A DNA stretch of 60,926 nt, filler included. It is 4 parts of 4 records of this genome, joined end to end, with 100 filler letters (N's around TTAATTAATTAA, not from the genome) between each part and the next. Parts side by side here need not be neighbours in the genome. Positions count along the whole stretch, not along the records: positions 27,480 to 52,835 come from SRR20825019_785; positions 52,936 to 60,926 come from SRR20825019_786; 2 more parts are not named here. The stretch is one strand, 5' to 3'. A program made the position numbers and the translations under genes. Positions 49,137-58,774 of the stretch are shown piece by piece. Below the pieces are notes generated by a model. It was not told the origin of the DNA, did no database searches, and saw only the letters and a list, made by a program, of their open reading frames with translations. Every line of letters begins with the position of its first letter. The first letter of the stretch is position 1.

Positions 49137-50358
49137 ATGGAGAATACAGATCTTACCGTGGACGTTTCTGCTCCAGAGGATAACGTTGACGAAGAAGAGC
49201 CCGCCAACGTTATCGTAGTATCAGATGACTCAGAATCAGAAGCATCTGATGATGGCACAGAGAACATGCTGGAGAATATTCCCCCTTCCCCTGTTGTCAA
49301 CCTTACAAACGATTTAAGTGCAAAGTCACTACATCAGCACAGTCCCATTACTCAGGATATTGACTTCGACATAGACGAAATTATTGCTGAGGCAACTCGG
49401 GAGACATCATCATTTCATGGAAGCAGGAGTAAACGAGACATAAAGGAGGTTAAGAGTGAGAAGAAGATAGAAGAAGATATAAGCCCAGCCACCTGCCGCA
49501 TAGCGATAAAATGGTTGCGCTTAATTATGCCCGGGTTTAAGTTGCCACTTGATGAGGAAATATTGGAAGAAAAACTTAGGCGATTAGAACTGAAGAGAAA
49601 GAGTAAGTCTGATCATTTCAAGATTTTTCCAGCTTTCCCCCTGACTAATGACTACTTATTAGAGAGATCAGCAAAACCGAAAAAGACTACCCCAATCCTG
49701 GCAGACCTGAACCAGATCGACGAACAGGTAAAGAAGTTTGACGTGCTGCTGAAGAAGCATAAGAAGAGAATAGGTGGTACCAGCAACCACAAGAATATGA
49801 GCGGTTTGTTCTTTTATCCCTTCTAACTATTTGACTGCGGATTCTAACACTCCTCCAGAGCTTCTTCTTCAGGTGGATTTGCTGCGGTCTCGGGTAGATC
49901 AGCACACAGCCCAATACAATGTTTCCGATCGAATATCAAGGCTGATACGGGAGATGAAGTCCTTACTTGTTTTACTGGAGCAACTTTATACGGTTCAGCT
50001 AAGAATGGACAAGGAAAACAACATCTATGTAAACAAGGGGCCCTGGACAGCACCTGGTAGGTCCTTCCGTGAGTGCGAAGCATAGCAATTCCACCAACAT
50101 GTTTCGTCAGGTATTCAAAACAAATTGGTGCCGGTGGTGGGGTACTTGAGCCCTTCATCACCTGTCGTTGCCCAATCAAAGCGATACAGGAAATCACCAA
50201 TGTTCTACGAAAAACTGAAGCCGGCGAAGCAGGTCACTACTCACATATACTACGAACCCAACGAAAAGAAGAAGGCCAAGAAAAGACGGGAGCGGACCTT
50301 CAATACAAGCAACGTCTCCACAATTGCAATGGCCAAATCACCGGATATGTTAACATAA
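49137..50358 (+). CDS. Hypothetical protein, acidic N-terminus and basic C-terminus (multi-exon)
   Basis: Three same-strand ORFs joinable by short introns (~49804-49858, ~50056-50110). Confidence 0.6.
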
Positions 50359-50369
50359 TATATGTTCAA

Positions 50370-51968
50370 TCAATCTGCTAGATCCACTTCGGCAACATGC
50401 GTTGTTTCAGCCATGTAATACTCATGGAAACTGACATTGCCTTCAAGCAAACCGAGTGTACCGATATTGACCATCGTAGCAATTGTGCGCCGCTTGGGTT
50501 CTAACACACCAGACCGGCGCAGCTCAGCTTGAACAGCCATGCGGGCCTCCATCTCAAACGGGCTCCCAGAACCAACTTCTCTATACCGGAAATCCCCATA
50601 CAGAGTCGTCTGACAGCAGTGTCCTGATGAGAAAGAATGAAAGAAGTCTGCAAGAGTTGAAAAGAAATCAATGACTGCTGGGACTCCCTCGATATTGTAT
50701 GGCGCTCCTGTTTCATCATCCCCTCCAGCAACCTCAAACATAGGCTCTATGTACAACACACGCGCCCGATGGCCAGTTGTTGGCAGCTGCCAAGACGCTG
50801 AGCTAACATCTCTGTTTGGTCGGTCCAAATCACATCCCAGATGATTTCCGCCAACTAGAGGAATGAGATCTACGGTTCGCTTAGAAAGGAGGCCGCCTTT
50901 TCTTATCACGATAATCGGAAAAGGTGGATCCTGATAAGACCCCTTCATGATGTCGCTTTGAAAGACACGTAGCGTTTCGTCTCCGCACCCAACGGATGCC
51001 ACTGTTACAAGGCTCTCAACAGCCTCTGGCCCCATGAGTCCACAAATAAGTACACTTAAGTGTTGCGCGTAGCCACCGCCGAGCGATTTTCCCACTATTC
51101 GCGCTGCCTTCACGTTGTTTTCAGCAAGAAATTTGCGAAGAATGGGCCACGTCGCATAGACACAGCTCATGCCAATAGTCATATTGAGATCACTCACGAA
51201 GCTTCTGAGTCCATGAGTGGCCTTGAGCTTCATAGCGGTTCCCCTACATACTATAATTGGGTTTTGCAACCCCTGAACATCAAACAAGAGGACAATGTAG
51301 GCGCCCCCACCATATATAACTTTTTTTACGAACCACATCCCGGAATAGAGACGCACAACAAGACCTATGGCAGGTTCTCTCTCCACAAATCTTGAGGAAA
51401 GGAACTCCGAGTCACATATCAATTGTGCAGTGTCGTCTAGAGGGGATAATCGAGAGGTTCCCACAACTCTCTCCCTATGAGTAAGGATCACGTGCACCCG
51501 CTCGCATAGCCCTCTGAAACCTTTTCCACAACTCCGTGCACGATCATAGTTTGGAATTCGTTGGAGACGCTCTGCAGTGTCTAGAGCTATTAGACTTCCA
51601 TGGAGGCTGTCCAAGCCTCTCAGGTCAACTTGTTCAAGGGGAGTCTGCCCGCTCGCTTTCAAAAGATCATCGACAAACACTTCCGACATGAAAACATGCA
51701 ACCGCCGAATGGTGGCGATACTCAGAGATGAGCTGACGTAAGGTTCGCTTCCAGCTCCTTTAAACAAACTCACGTAATTGATACCAAGACTGGCACAAGC
51801 CCTCTCCATACGTCCTGGCGAGAGAGAGTCCAGTTTGCGCAGGAACGATACGTACGACATATGCTGTCGCGCGGCATGCCGATCGCTGTCATCTTGCTCA
51901 AAACACTTGTTCGCTGCCTCTTTTTCCCCTATGGTGATACCCAGTGACTCTGAAGAGCCTTCTGACAT
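50370..51968 (-). CDS. Alpha/beta hydrolase, lipase class 3-like, intronless
   Basis: IIVCRGT, nucleophile elbow GKSLGG, candidate Asp VDLIPLVGG, candidate His SSGHC. Confidence 0.75.
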   Translation of the reverse strand: MSEGSSESLGITIGEKEAANKCFEQDDSDRHAARQHMSYVSFLRKLDSLSPGRMERACASLGINYVSLFKGAGSEPYVSSSLSIATIRRLHVFMSEVFVDDLLKASGQTPLEQVDLRGLDSLHGSLIALDTAERLQRIPNYDRARSCGKGFRGLCERVHVILTHRERVVGTSRLSPLDDTAQLICDSEFLSSRFVEREPAIGLVVRLYSGMWFVKKVIYGGGAYIVLLFDVQGLQNPIIVCRGTAMKLKATHGLRSFVSDLNMTIGMSCVYATWPILRKFLAENNVKAARIVGKSLGGGYAQHLSVLICGLMGPEAVESLVTVASVGCGDETLRVFQSDIMKGSYQDPPFPIIVIRKGGLLSKRTVDLIPLVGGNHLGCDLDRPNRDVSSASWQLPTTGHRARVLYIEPMFEVAGGDDETGAPYNIEGVPAVIDFFSTLADFFHSFSSGHCCQTTLYGDFRYREVGSGSPFEMEARMAVQAELRRSGVLEPKRRTIATMVNIGTLGLLEGNVSFHEYYMAETTHVAEVDLAD

Positions 51969-52089
51969 CACGTCAGTGTTTAGGCCCGCCGCGGGACCGG
52001 GAGAATGGCTTCAGGAACGAGCGGCGGCGATCGCAGACTGACATGACTGCAAAGTTGAAGTGTTATCTTATACTAGTCAACAGCGCAGG

Positions 52090-52835
52090 GGCTGACTCGC
52101 CCAGGCCGCTGAGTCGGCATGGCCGGCGGGCCTGTCATCGCCGAGTCGGGCGGCGGCGGGGGCGGCGGGGGCCGCGCCGGGGGGGGCGCCGGCCCGGCCC
52201 CGGCGGCCCCGCGTCATCCGACCGTGTGGCCGGCCGCCGTCCGGTCCGGTCAGTTCAGTTTGCGCGAGCTCCCGGGGCCGTGATCGGTTCCCGTAAAGTT
52301 GAAGGTTACGGGACGACCGAGCACTCATCGGGCTACGACGCGGATTCACAGTCTCCGTACTGACGGTAAATTGGGAGGTCCTCTGAACGGCCCAGTGCCG
52401 GCGTCGCGTCTTCGAATCGGCCCCGGCGGGTCGGCGTGCTCATAGGGGGCGCGGCTCGCCGGGCTCAGGGTGGGCGCCGGCCCGGGCCGGCGGGGCGGCG
52501 GGCCCTGCTGGGTCTCAACTTGGCGATTCCGGTGGAATTGTCGGACGACCACCCACCACCCCCCGCGGGTGGCATCCGGCCAAGCCTGCCCGTCCGCGTC
52601 CCGTGTCATGGCCGGCCCGGCGGGCGCGGCCGGCCGACCCGGCTAGCCGGGCTGGAGTGGCCCGCTGTTGCTTGGCCCCGGCTGGCCGCCACCGCTGCCC
52701 AGTGCCGCCCGGGCAGGATGCAGTGACCCGACCGGAACCGAATTGAGAGTCCGGTGGCCCACCCGTCGTGTGGGTGCCGTCTGGCCCGGCGAGCGGAACT
52801 GATAAGCCTGCGCTGCCCGGTGCACCGCCACCCGA
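52090..52835. promoter_or_regulatory. GC-rich island upstream of lipase, running to the contig end
   Basis: GC-rich DNA 5' of the lipase gene. Confidence 0.55.
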
Positions 52836-52935
52836 NNNNNNNNNNNNNNNNNNNNNNNNNNNNNNNNNNNNNNNNNNNNTTAATTAATTAANNNNNNNNN
52901 NNNNNNNNNNNNNNNNNNNNNNNNNNNNNNNNNNN
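52836..52935. other. Artificial contig spacer
   Basis: N44-TTAATTAATTAA-N44. Confidence 0.99.
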
Positions 52936-53034
52936 GGGGAGATGATAGTCAATAATTGGCGCCATCCTAGAGCCGATGATCAGTGCAAGGGCCACTCACT
53001 CGTGCAACCCTTCCCACCCCGCACGCACTCAGTC

Positions 53035-54134
53035 ATGCAAACGCTCTGTCTGATACCTTACGCGCAGTCACCCACAAGCGCAGACGTCGCGCGACTTGTG
53101 CCGAACGCTACGGCCGCGAGACGGAGTGATAAGTACGGAAGGGTAAGTTGGCTTGAATGTGCGGCACGGGTAGAAATCTGGAGGTCCGCGGTGTATCACC
53201 GAGAGTGGGGGTGGTGCCGTGCATGGGAAGGCCGGGTCTCGGCACCGTCGATGGATTGGTCAGTCTCAGACGGGTCCGACTGCCGGGGGGCGCGCCGGGG
53301 ATAGTTTGAGGTTTCGACCGGCCCGGCGGGCGGGCGCAGCGGCGGTTGCTGGAGAAGGCATTGACACGTGTCGCCGCAGACACCACTGCACCTTGCCTCG
53401 GAGCTGACAGAAGATGGGGACAGTGTGCGGTACATGGTGGGCATTACCGGGGTGGACCCCGGCGTGAGGGATAACTATGGCACGACGCCGTTGCACAACG
53501 CAGCGCTGAACGCCAATGGCGGCGGCTGCCGAGCGATCGCGCTGCTGGCTGGCGCAGGGGCGGATGTGAATGTCGAGGCGGACACTGGGAACACCCCGCT
53601 GTTCATCGCAATACAGTGTACGTTGTTGGGCTAAGCCGCTTGCGGGCAGGGCGTGATGCTGATCGGGGACAACACCAGATGGCCAGGCTCCGGCAGTCGC
53701 GGCATTACTGGACGCCGGTGCGCTCAGAACGCGTCGCCATGCCCGGCGCGGCGTCACCCCGGCGCAGTTTGCCACCGAGCGGGGACGGGATGACATCGCC
53801 GAAGTACTAAGACGTAAGTGCAATAGATGCTCAGGGCGCGAGGAACTTTGGGGGGTTGGGTTAGTGTTAGGGTTAGGTTAGATGTGATCTCGGGAGGTGT
53901 GGCTGTGTGGCTGTCTGAACGGACAATGCAGGTCACATCCCTGCCCCGTGCATCACGGCACTGGTGCTGGCCCGGAGATTGGAGGTGCGGTCTCAGTCCG
54001 AGGAGAGGGAGCTGGATGATCGAGCCGGAACACTGGTGATCCTTCCAGCAGATATTCTCGAGACCGTGGCTGCCGTGTTTGCCCGCGAGGCCGGCGGGAG
54101 GCTTGTTAAGAAGGGTGGAACGAACACCTTGTAA
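53035..54134 (+). CDS. Ankyrin-repeat protein (multi-exon)
   Basis: DKYGR|TPLHLA across intron 53142-53379, GTTPLHNAA, GADVN..GNTPLFIA, GVTPAQFA; ends approximate. Confidence 0.8.
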
Positions 54135-54296
54135 CCTCGGTGAGGCTACGATCTACGGAGCTTACATCCATACATGTGAAAGCAGACATCGTTGCTCCCT
54201 GACTTCAGCCATCTGAATGGCTAGTGCATGACCAAAAAATCCGCAAAAACAAGAAACAAATCCCTTGATGATATTTACAAAGGGACTCGCGGTATA

Positions 54297-57113
54297 CTAA
54301 TAAGGAACATCCTTGCCCAAGATGGCGGCGGCATACTGAAGCGTTATAATGTCGCGTTTCTTGGACGATTCGTCGGTGACCGGAGCAATATTGGCAATCA
54401 TGGCGGATGGAGAGCTAGTGGACAAGGCCGGGTACAGAATGCGGGCGAGCTGGCTCTCTCTGATCTCCTGGGTAGGAACAGCCTTGGGGTTGCGACCGAT
54501 CTTGACAATCATGTTCTTGAGAGCGAAGAGCCCCTGGCGAATGATGGTGCCCTGGCCGTCAATCTTGGCATTGCCAGATGACGTGTCGCTCATAAGCTCC
54601 AGTCCCGCCAGATCTACCAGTGTGATCTGTTTTCTGGGGTTCTCCTGCTTGGCGCTGCTGAACAATCCAATCCTGAACACACGGTGAGAGCGAGAGCTGC
54701 CCTGGGGGTTGCCCTCTGTGATAGCCACCTCGCGCATCCTGCCTCCACGGCGATATAGCCGGAGGGTCTCTGCCGGGTCGGTGACAGTTACCCATGGGTC
54801 ATGACGGACGCCCCTCTTGTTCACAATCTTCTTGGATCCAACGATCTTGAGCACCTTATTGACCTCAAATACATCGAGTGTCTTGAGAATCGTGTTGCCT
54901 GCCTTGGTCACCCTGTTACGCCCACGGCTGTCCTGCTCGGGGTGGAGCAAATCGCGGAGGACAGTGTTCTGTGAGGTGCTGGTGGGTGTGTCGCCATATA
55001 TCTCAAAGTCCATCACCTTGATGACCCAGCCGGACTGGGTGGACTTGAATTGGAACAACGTATCCATGATTCGTGGGATCAACCCGGGGTCGGTGGTGTC
55101 GCCCTCCATGGTGTAGGTCTTCCCCGTTCCAGTATAGCCGAAACAGAAGATCGTTCCCCAGCTGACCTCTCTCGGTTTCTGGAGCATCACATCCAAAACC
55201 TTGCCATCATTAGTCACGACCTCCTCAAACACTTCCTCGTTCGAAGGTCCGCGGTCTAGCGAATCCGTGAAATCCGACGGCGAAAACACTCCGGTGTAGC
55301 TCATCGACTCATCGGGGAACACCTCCTGCTTGGTCGACACAGCAAGATCCACCGATGTCTCAGGATACGTCACCGTGCACTGGTTCTCCTCGTCATCACA
55401 GCTGAGGTTGTACTCGTCGCTCGGTGACTCGTGCGCAGGCAGGATGGGCCGCACGCGGACGTACGTGTCCAGCCTCTCATTCTTGCCGCGCTTTTCCATC
55501 CTCACCTCATCCTTAGCCTCCGCCCGCAGGTGGACCACTCGGGGTGCCTTCTTCTTCACGGGCTTCTCATCAGCGGGGCGAATGTTCAATGCCTCCTGGG
55601 CATACTTCAGTGTGTCCGTGGTGAACTTCAGATGCTCCTCATCCGGTGAGACCGTTGCAATCATGACGGTCTGCATTTCAGAGGGATGGCCGCGGAACGA
55701 GCTGTCCAGGGCACGCGTCAGGGTGCTATCCCGAAGATTCGGCTTGTTACCCGCGGCCAGCGCGCTGATAACACGGGCCAGCGCCTCCAGGCTGGAGTTG
55801 ATCGCCAGGCCTTGGTTCTTGGCAACGCTATTCTTGCCAGATGTGGACAGCTCCTTCCCTGCAAGGTCAACCAGGGTCAACGTCCCCGTGCGGGTGGCGC
55901 CGGAGTTCGAGGTGATCGCGTACTTGACCTCGATAATCATATGGGAGCGCGAGCTCTGCTTGTTCATCGCAGTGGCTTCAGTCACCCGGTTGGCCGACCA
56001 AGTCTTGATCAAGTCCCCGACTTTCTGCTGTGCATACCTCAGTCGCTCACCTGCGGACTTAGAATCCAGGTCAGGCAAAATCCTTGCCAGATCAAGGGGG
56101 ATGAAGGGGTCCTGCAAGCCGGGCAGCTTGTTTCCGTTACCGTCGTACGACACAAGCTTAGGGGTGGTGACATCGTCACTGGTGAAGAACTTAATGTCCG
56201 CATTCTGCGTCTCAGCCTTCTTGTTCAGCCTGAACCCGTCCATATTCACATTCGCCGAGCTCTTGCCGTTGTTGTACAACTGATACGGCAGAACCTGGAT
56301 ATCTGTCGAAGCCGCCTCCTTACTCTTCTCATATAGATCAACAAAGAGATCCCCGAGTGCCATCTGCAGAACGCCGAACTCATTGCCTGACTCGGCATCA
56401 CGCGACCTGCCCGTGCCCTCCATAGTGAACGTCTTTCCGGAGCCGGACTGCCCATACACAAACACGGTTCCTTTGAAGCCGTCCTCGGTCGCGACCCGGT
56501 TTACAATGTGACGAACGCCGCTCTCAGCGTAGGCTTGCTTGTTGTTGGCGGATGTGCCGAGAACGTTGCTAAAGCCATCATAGGCAGTGGGCGCCCCAGA
56601 CTTGTTATACACAATAGCCGCGAAGCCTGCTCCGTGAGACTTTCCCCTGACGCACTCGGTCTCGCCGCTCTTAGGCGGGCCCCGCACTCGGACCACGGAG
56701 AGTACAGGCTGGTTCTCAGAGAACACATCGCGGTCCTCAAGGGCGGGCTGCTCCTCCCCAAGCGTCTCGTCATCATCGATGTCGGACGGAAGCACTTTGT
56801 CGTCGACAGCAACACCGCCCAGTTGGCCGGCCTCCTCCTTGACGGCAGGCGCTGGAACTTCATGGTCCCCGGTCACGTCAGCGTCGTGTTGCGGTGGAGG
56901 CGGGTCGTCCTCAACTCCATCCTCCAGCCTTCTCAGCTCCTCTCGGCGCTTCTTCAGATTTTCGAGCTCGAGCTCCTTGGCCTGGATGGCCTGAGCCAGT
57001 TTTTGGTTCTTTCTCGCCAGGTCACTGCGGCCTCCTGCCACCAGCCTGTCGGCTGCTAAGGCGGTCCCTACGACTGCCAGCAGGAACAGGACCAGTGCCA
57101 CCCTCGATCCCAT
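54297..57113 (-). CDS. Kinesin-like protein with two tandem motor domains and an apparent signal peptide, intronless
   Basis: Motor 1 (aa ~135-511): VRVR, GQSGSGKT, NKQSSRSH, LVDLAGKE, INSSL, RDSTLTRAL. Motor 2 (aa ~546-933): VRVRP, GYTGTGKT, SSRSH, LVDLAGLE, RESQLARIL. Confidence 0.92.
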   Translation of the reverse strand: MGSRVALVLFLLAVVGTALAADRLVAGGRSDLARKNQKLAQAIQAKELELENLKKRREELRRLEDGVEDDPPPPQHDADVTGDHEVPAPAVKEEAGQLGGVAVDDKVLPSDIDDDETLGEEQPALEDRDVFSENQPVLSVVRVRGPPKSGETECVRGKSHGAGFAAIVYNKSGAPTAYDGFSNVLGTSANNKQAYAESGVRHIVNRVATEDGFKGTVFVYGQSGSGKTFTMEGTGRSRDAESGNEFGVLQMALGDLFVDLYEKSKEAASTDIQVLPYQLYNNGKSSANVNMDGFRLNKKAETQNADIKFFTSDDVTTPKLVSYDGNGNKLPGLQDPFIPLDLARILPDLDSKSAGERLRYAQQKVGDLIKTWSANRVTEATAMNKQSSRSHMIIEVKYAITSNSGATRTGTLTLVDLAGKELSTSGKNSVAKNQGLAINSSLEALARVISALAAGNKPNLRDSTLTRALDSSFRGHPSEMQTVMIATVSPDEEHLKFTTDTLKYAQEALNIRPADEKPVKKKAPRVVHLRAEAKDEVRMEKRGKNERLDTYVRVRPILPAHESPSDEYNLSCDDEENQCTVTYPETSVDLAVSTKQEVFPDESMSYTGVFSPSDFTDSLDRGPSNEEVFEEVVTNDGKVLDVMLQKPREVSWGTIFCFGYTGTGKTYTMEGDTTDPGLIPRIMDTLFQFKSTQSGWVIKVMDFEIYGDTPTSTSQNTVLRDLLHPEQDSRGRNRVTKAGNTILKTLDVFEVNKVLKIVGSKKIVNKRGVRHDPWVTVTDPAETLRLYRRGGRMREVAITEGNPQGSSRSHRVFRIGLFSSAKQENPRKQITLVDLAGLELMSDTSSGNAKIDGQGTIIRQGLFALKNMIVKIGRNPKAVPTQEIRESQLARILYPALSTSSPSAMIANIAPVTDESSKKRDIITLQYAAAILGKDVPY

Positions 57114-57154
57114 GGTGTTACCGATACAGTTCGGAAGACCTGCCTAGTCTGGTA

Positions 57155-57163
57155 CTTTATATA
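57155..57163 (-). promoter_or_regulatory. Candidate TATA box for the kinesin gene
   Basis: TATATAAAG on the minus strand ~45 bp upstream of ATG 57113, at the island edge. Confidence 0.5.
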
Positions 57164-57179
57164 CGAGTGAGCAGCCCTC

Positions 57180-57700
57180 GCTCCCCGCGTCCGAGCGGCC
57201 AGGCCGGGCACACCCGCCTCGGAGCCACCGCCGACACGGCCGGGCCGTGCCGGGGCCGGGCCAGGCGGGCCGGGGCGGGGGTGACGAGGGACCGGACCGC
57301 CGACGGGCCCCCGCCACAGTGCGCACGGCACTGATGAGGCCCTCGGACTCGTCGGAGATGACGGGGAACCGTAGCCGGTCACGGGGGTATGACCTACACC
57401 GGGATCGCCCAACCCAAATATATCGGTATATCGAGACCATGAGATGCCGCCAGTCCGCGGGGCTGTGCGGCCGGCGCGCCGGGCCGGGCGCCCGCCGGGG
57501 CGCCCCCCCCGGCGCCCCCCCGCCGCCGGCGGCCCGGCCGGCCCGCCGGCCGGGCGGCCGGGGGTCACCTCCGTCCACGCGCTCTCCCGGGACCGGACTG
57601 CAGGACTGCACTCGGTGGCGCCCGGGCCCGGCCACGGCGCCCGCGCGGGGGCGCCCGGTCGTGACGGTCCCCCGCCGTACCGGACCAGCGGCTCACGCCA
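57180..57700. promoter_or_regulatory. GC-rich island between divergent kinesin and Sec14 genes
   Basis: Pure G/C run ~57465-57565; TATA-like elements on both flanks. Confidence 0.62.
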
Positions 57701-57751
57701 CGGTGCACTTATATCAACTCAGTGGCTTCAGTAGCAGCGAGGTGGCACCCG

Positions 57752-58774
57752 ATGAACTGCTTCCGTAAAACGCACCGGCGCTCACCGTCATCCGACGACC
57801 TACCGGCCGTGGCGCCCACATATGATGGGGACCCCAGGTTCACCCTAAGTGCGGAGGAGACGAGGTGGTGCGTCGAGCTAAGAGAGGCGCTGCGAGCGGC
57901 GGGTGTTGCAGAGCCCCGACCGGACTTGATGTTGGCCCAGTTTGCCATCATTGGGAAGGGGAACGTGCGGAAGGCAGTCAAGCGTGTGAAGAACTACCGG
58001 AAAGTGATCTTGGGCGAATACGGTTATTCTTTGGAGAAGGCCCGAGCTAATGGACACTTCATGAATGCGAAGTGGCCTGGTATGGTCTTAGCGGCCGCGC
58101 CACTGTCCACTGGTGAGCCAGTGGTTGCTGTGGATGTTCTTCCGTACCGCCCGTCGCAGCTGGAGTGGGACACCGAGTGGCCAAGACTGATTGTTGAGTT
58201 TGTGATGATTATGGATGCGGTGAACTGTGACCTTGAGTGCATCCGGAAGGGTGGCTCCATGGTGATTCACATGGAGGGCATGGGATGGCACAACTTCAAC
58301 TTGAAGATGGAGGAGAAGGCCGCTCCGCTCTATCAGGAGGCTTACCCTTGCAGGTTCCATTCCTTCCCGCTGGTCGACGCAGGCCCAATCGCCACGATCA
58401 TAATGCGGCTCGTAAGAGCGTTTCTGAAAAAAAAGATTGCTGACCGTATGATAATCTGTAAGAAATCGGAGCTGTATTCATCCAAGTATGGCTACACGAG
58501 AGAAGGGCTCCCTCCGGTCCTTGGAGGGACATATGACCGGCCGCTTGACGAGTACATTTCAGACCTGCTCCAGCGACGGGCCGAGGCGGAAAGCAGGGTG
58601 AGGGTGTCTCCCCCGAGCGAAGATGGCTCCGCCGTAGCGCCACGTGATGCCACGCCTCCGGAAGCGAGGCAGTCTTTCTTTGGCCAGTTTTGTGGCTGCG
58701 GGAGCGGTACCGAGGTGGGACCTCTGAAGAGCGATTCCGATCCAATCCACGCCGATCATCCAAGCGCGGACTGA
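57752..58774 (+). CDS. CRAL-TRIO/Sec14 lipid-binding protein, intronless
   Basis: DLMLAQF..KAVKRVKNY (CRAL-TRIO N), EGMGWHNF, QEAYPCRF, FLKKKIADRM, LPPVLGGT. Confidence 0.85.
   Translation: MNCFRKTHRRSPSSDDLPAVAPTYDGDPRFTLSAEETRWCVELREALRAAGVAEPRPDLMLAQFAIIGKGNVRKAVKRVKNYRKVILGEYGYSLEKARANGHFMNAKWPGMVLAAAPLSTGEPVVAVDVLPYRPSQLEWDTEWPRLIVEFVMIMDAVNCDLECIRKGGSMVIHMEGMGWHNFNLKMEEKAAPLYQEAYPCRFHSFPLVDAGPIATIIMRLVRAFLKKKIADRMIICKKSELYSSKYGYTREGLPPVLGGTYDRPLDEYISDLLQRRAEAESRVRVSPPSEDGSAVAPRDATPPEARQSFFGQFCGCGSGTEVGPLKSDSDPIHADHPSAD

Noticed and set aside
55330-56336. Long antisense ORFs over the kinesin and the bacterial genes
   Set aside because: Shadow ORFs of GC-rich coding sequence with no recognisable motifs
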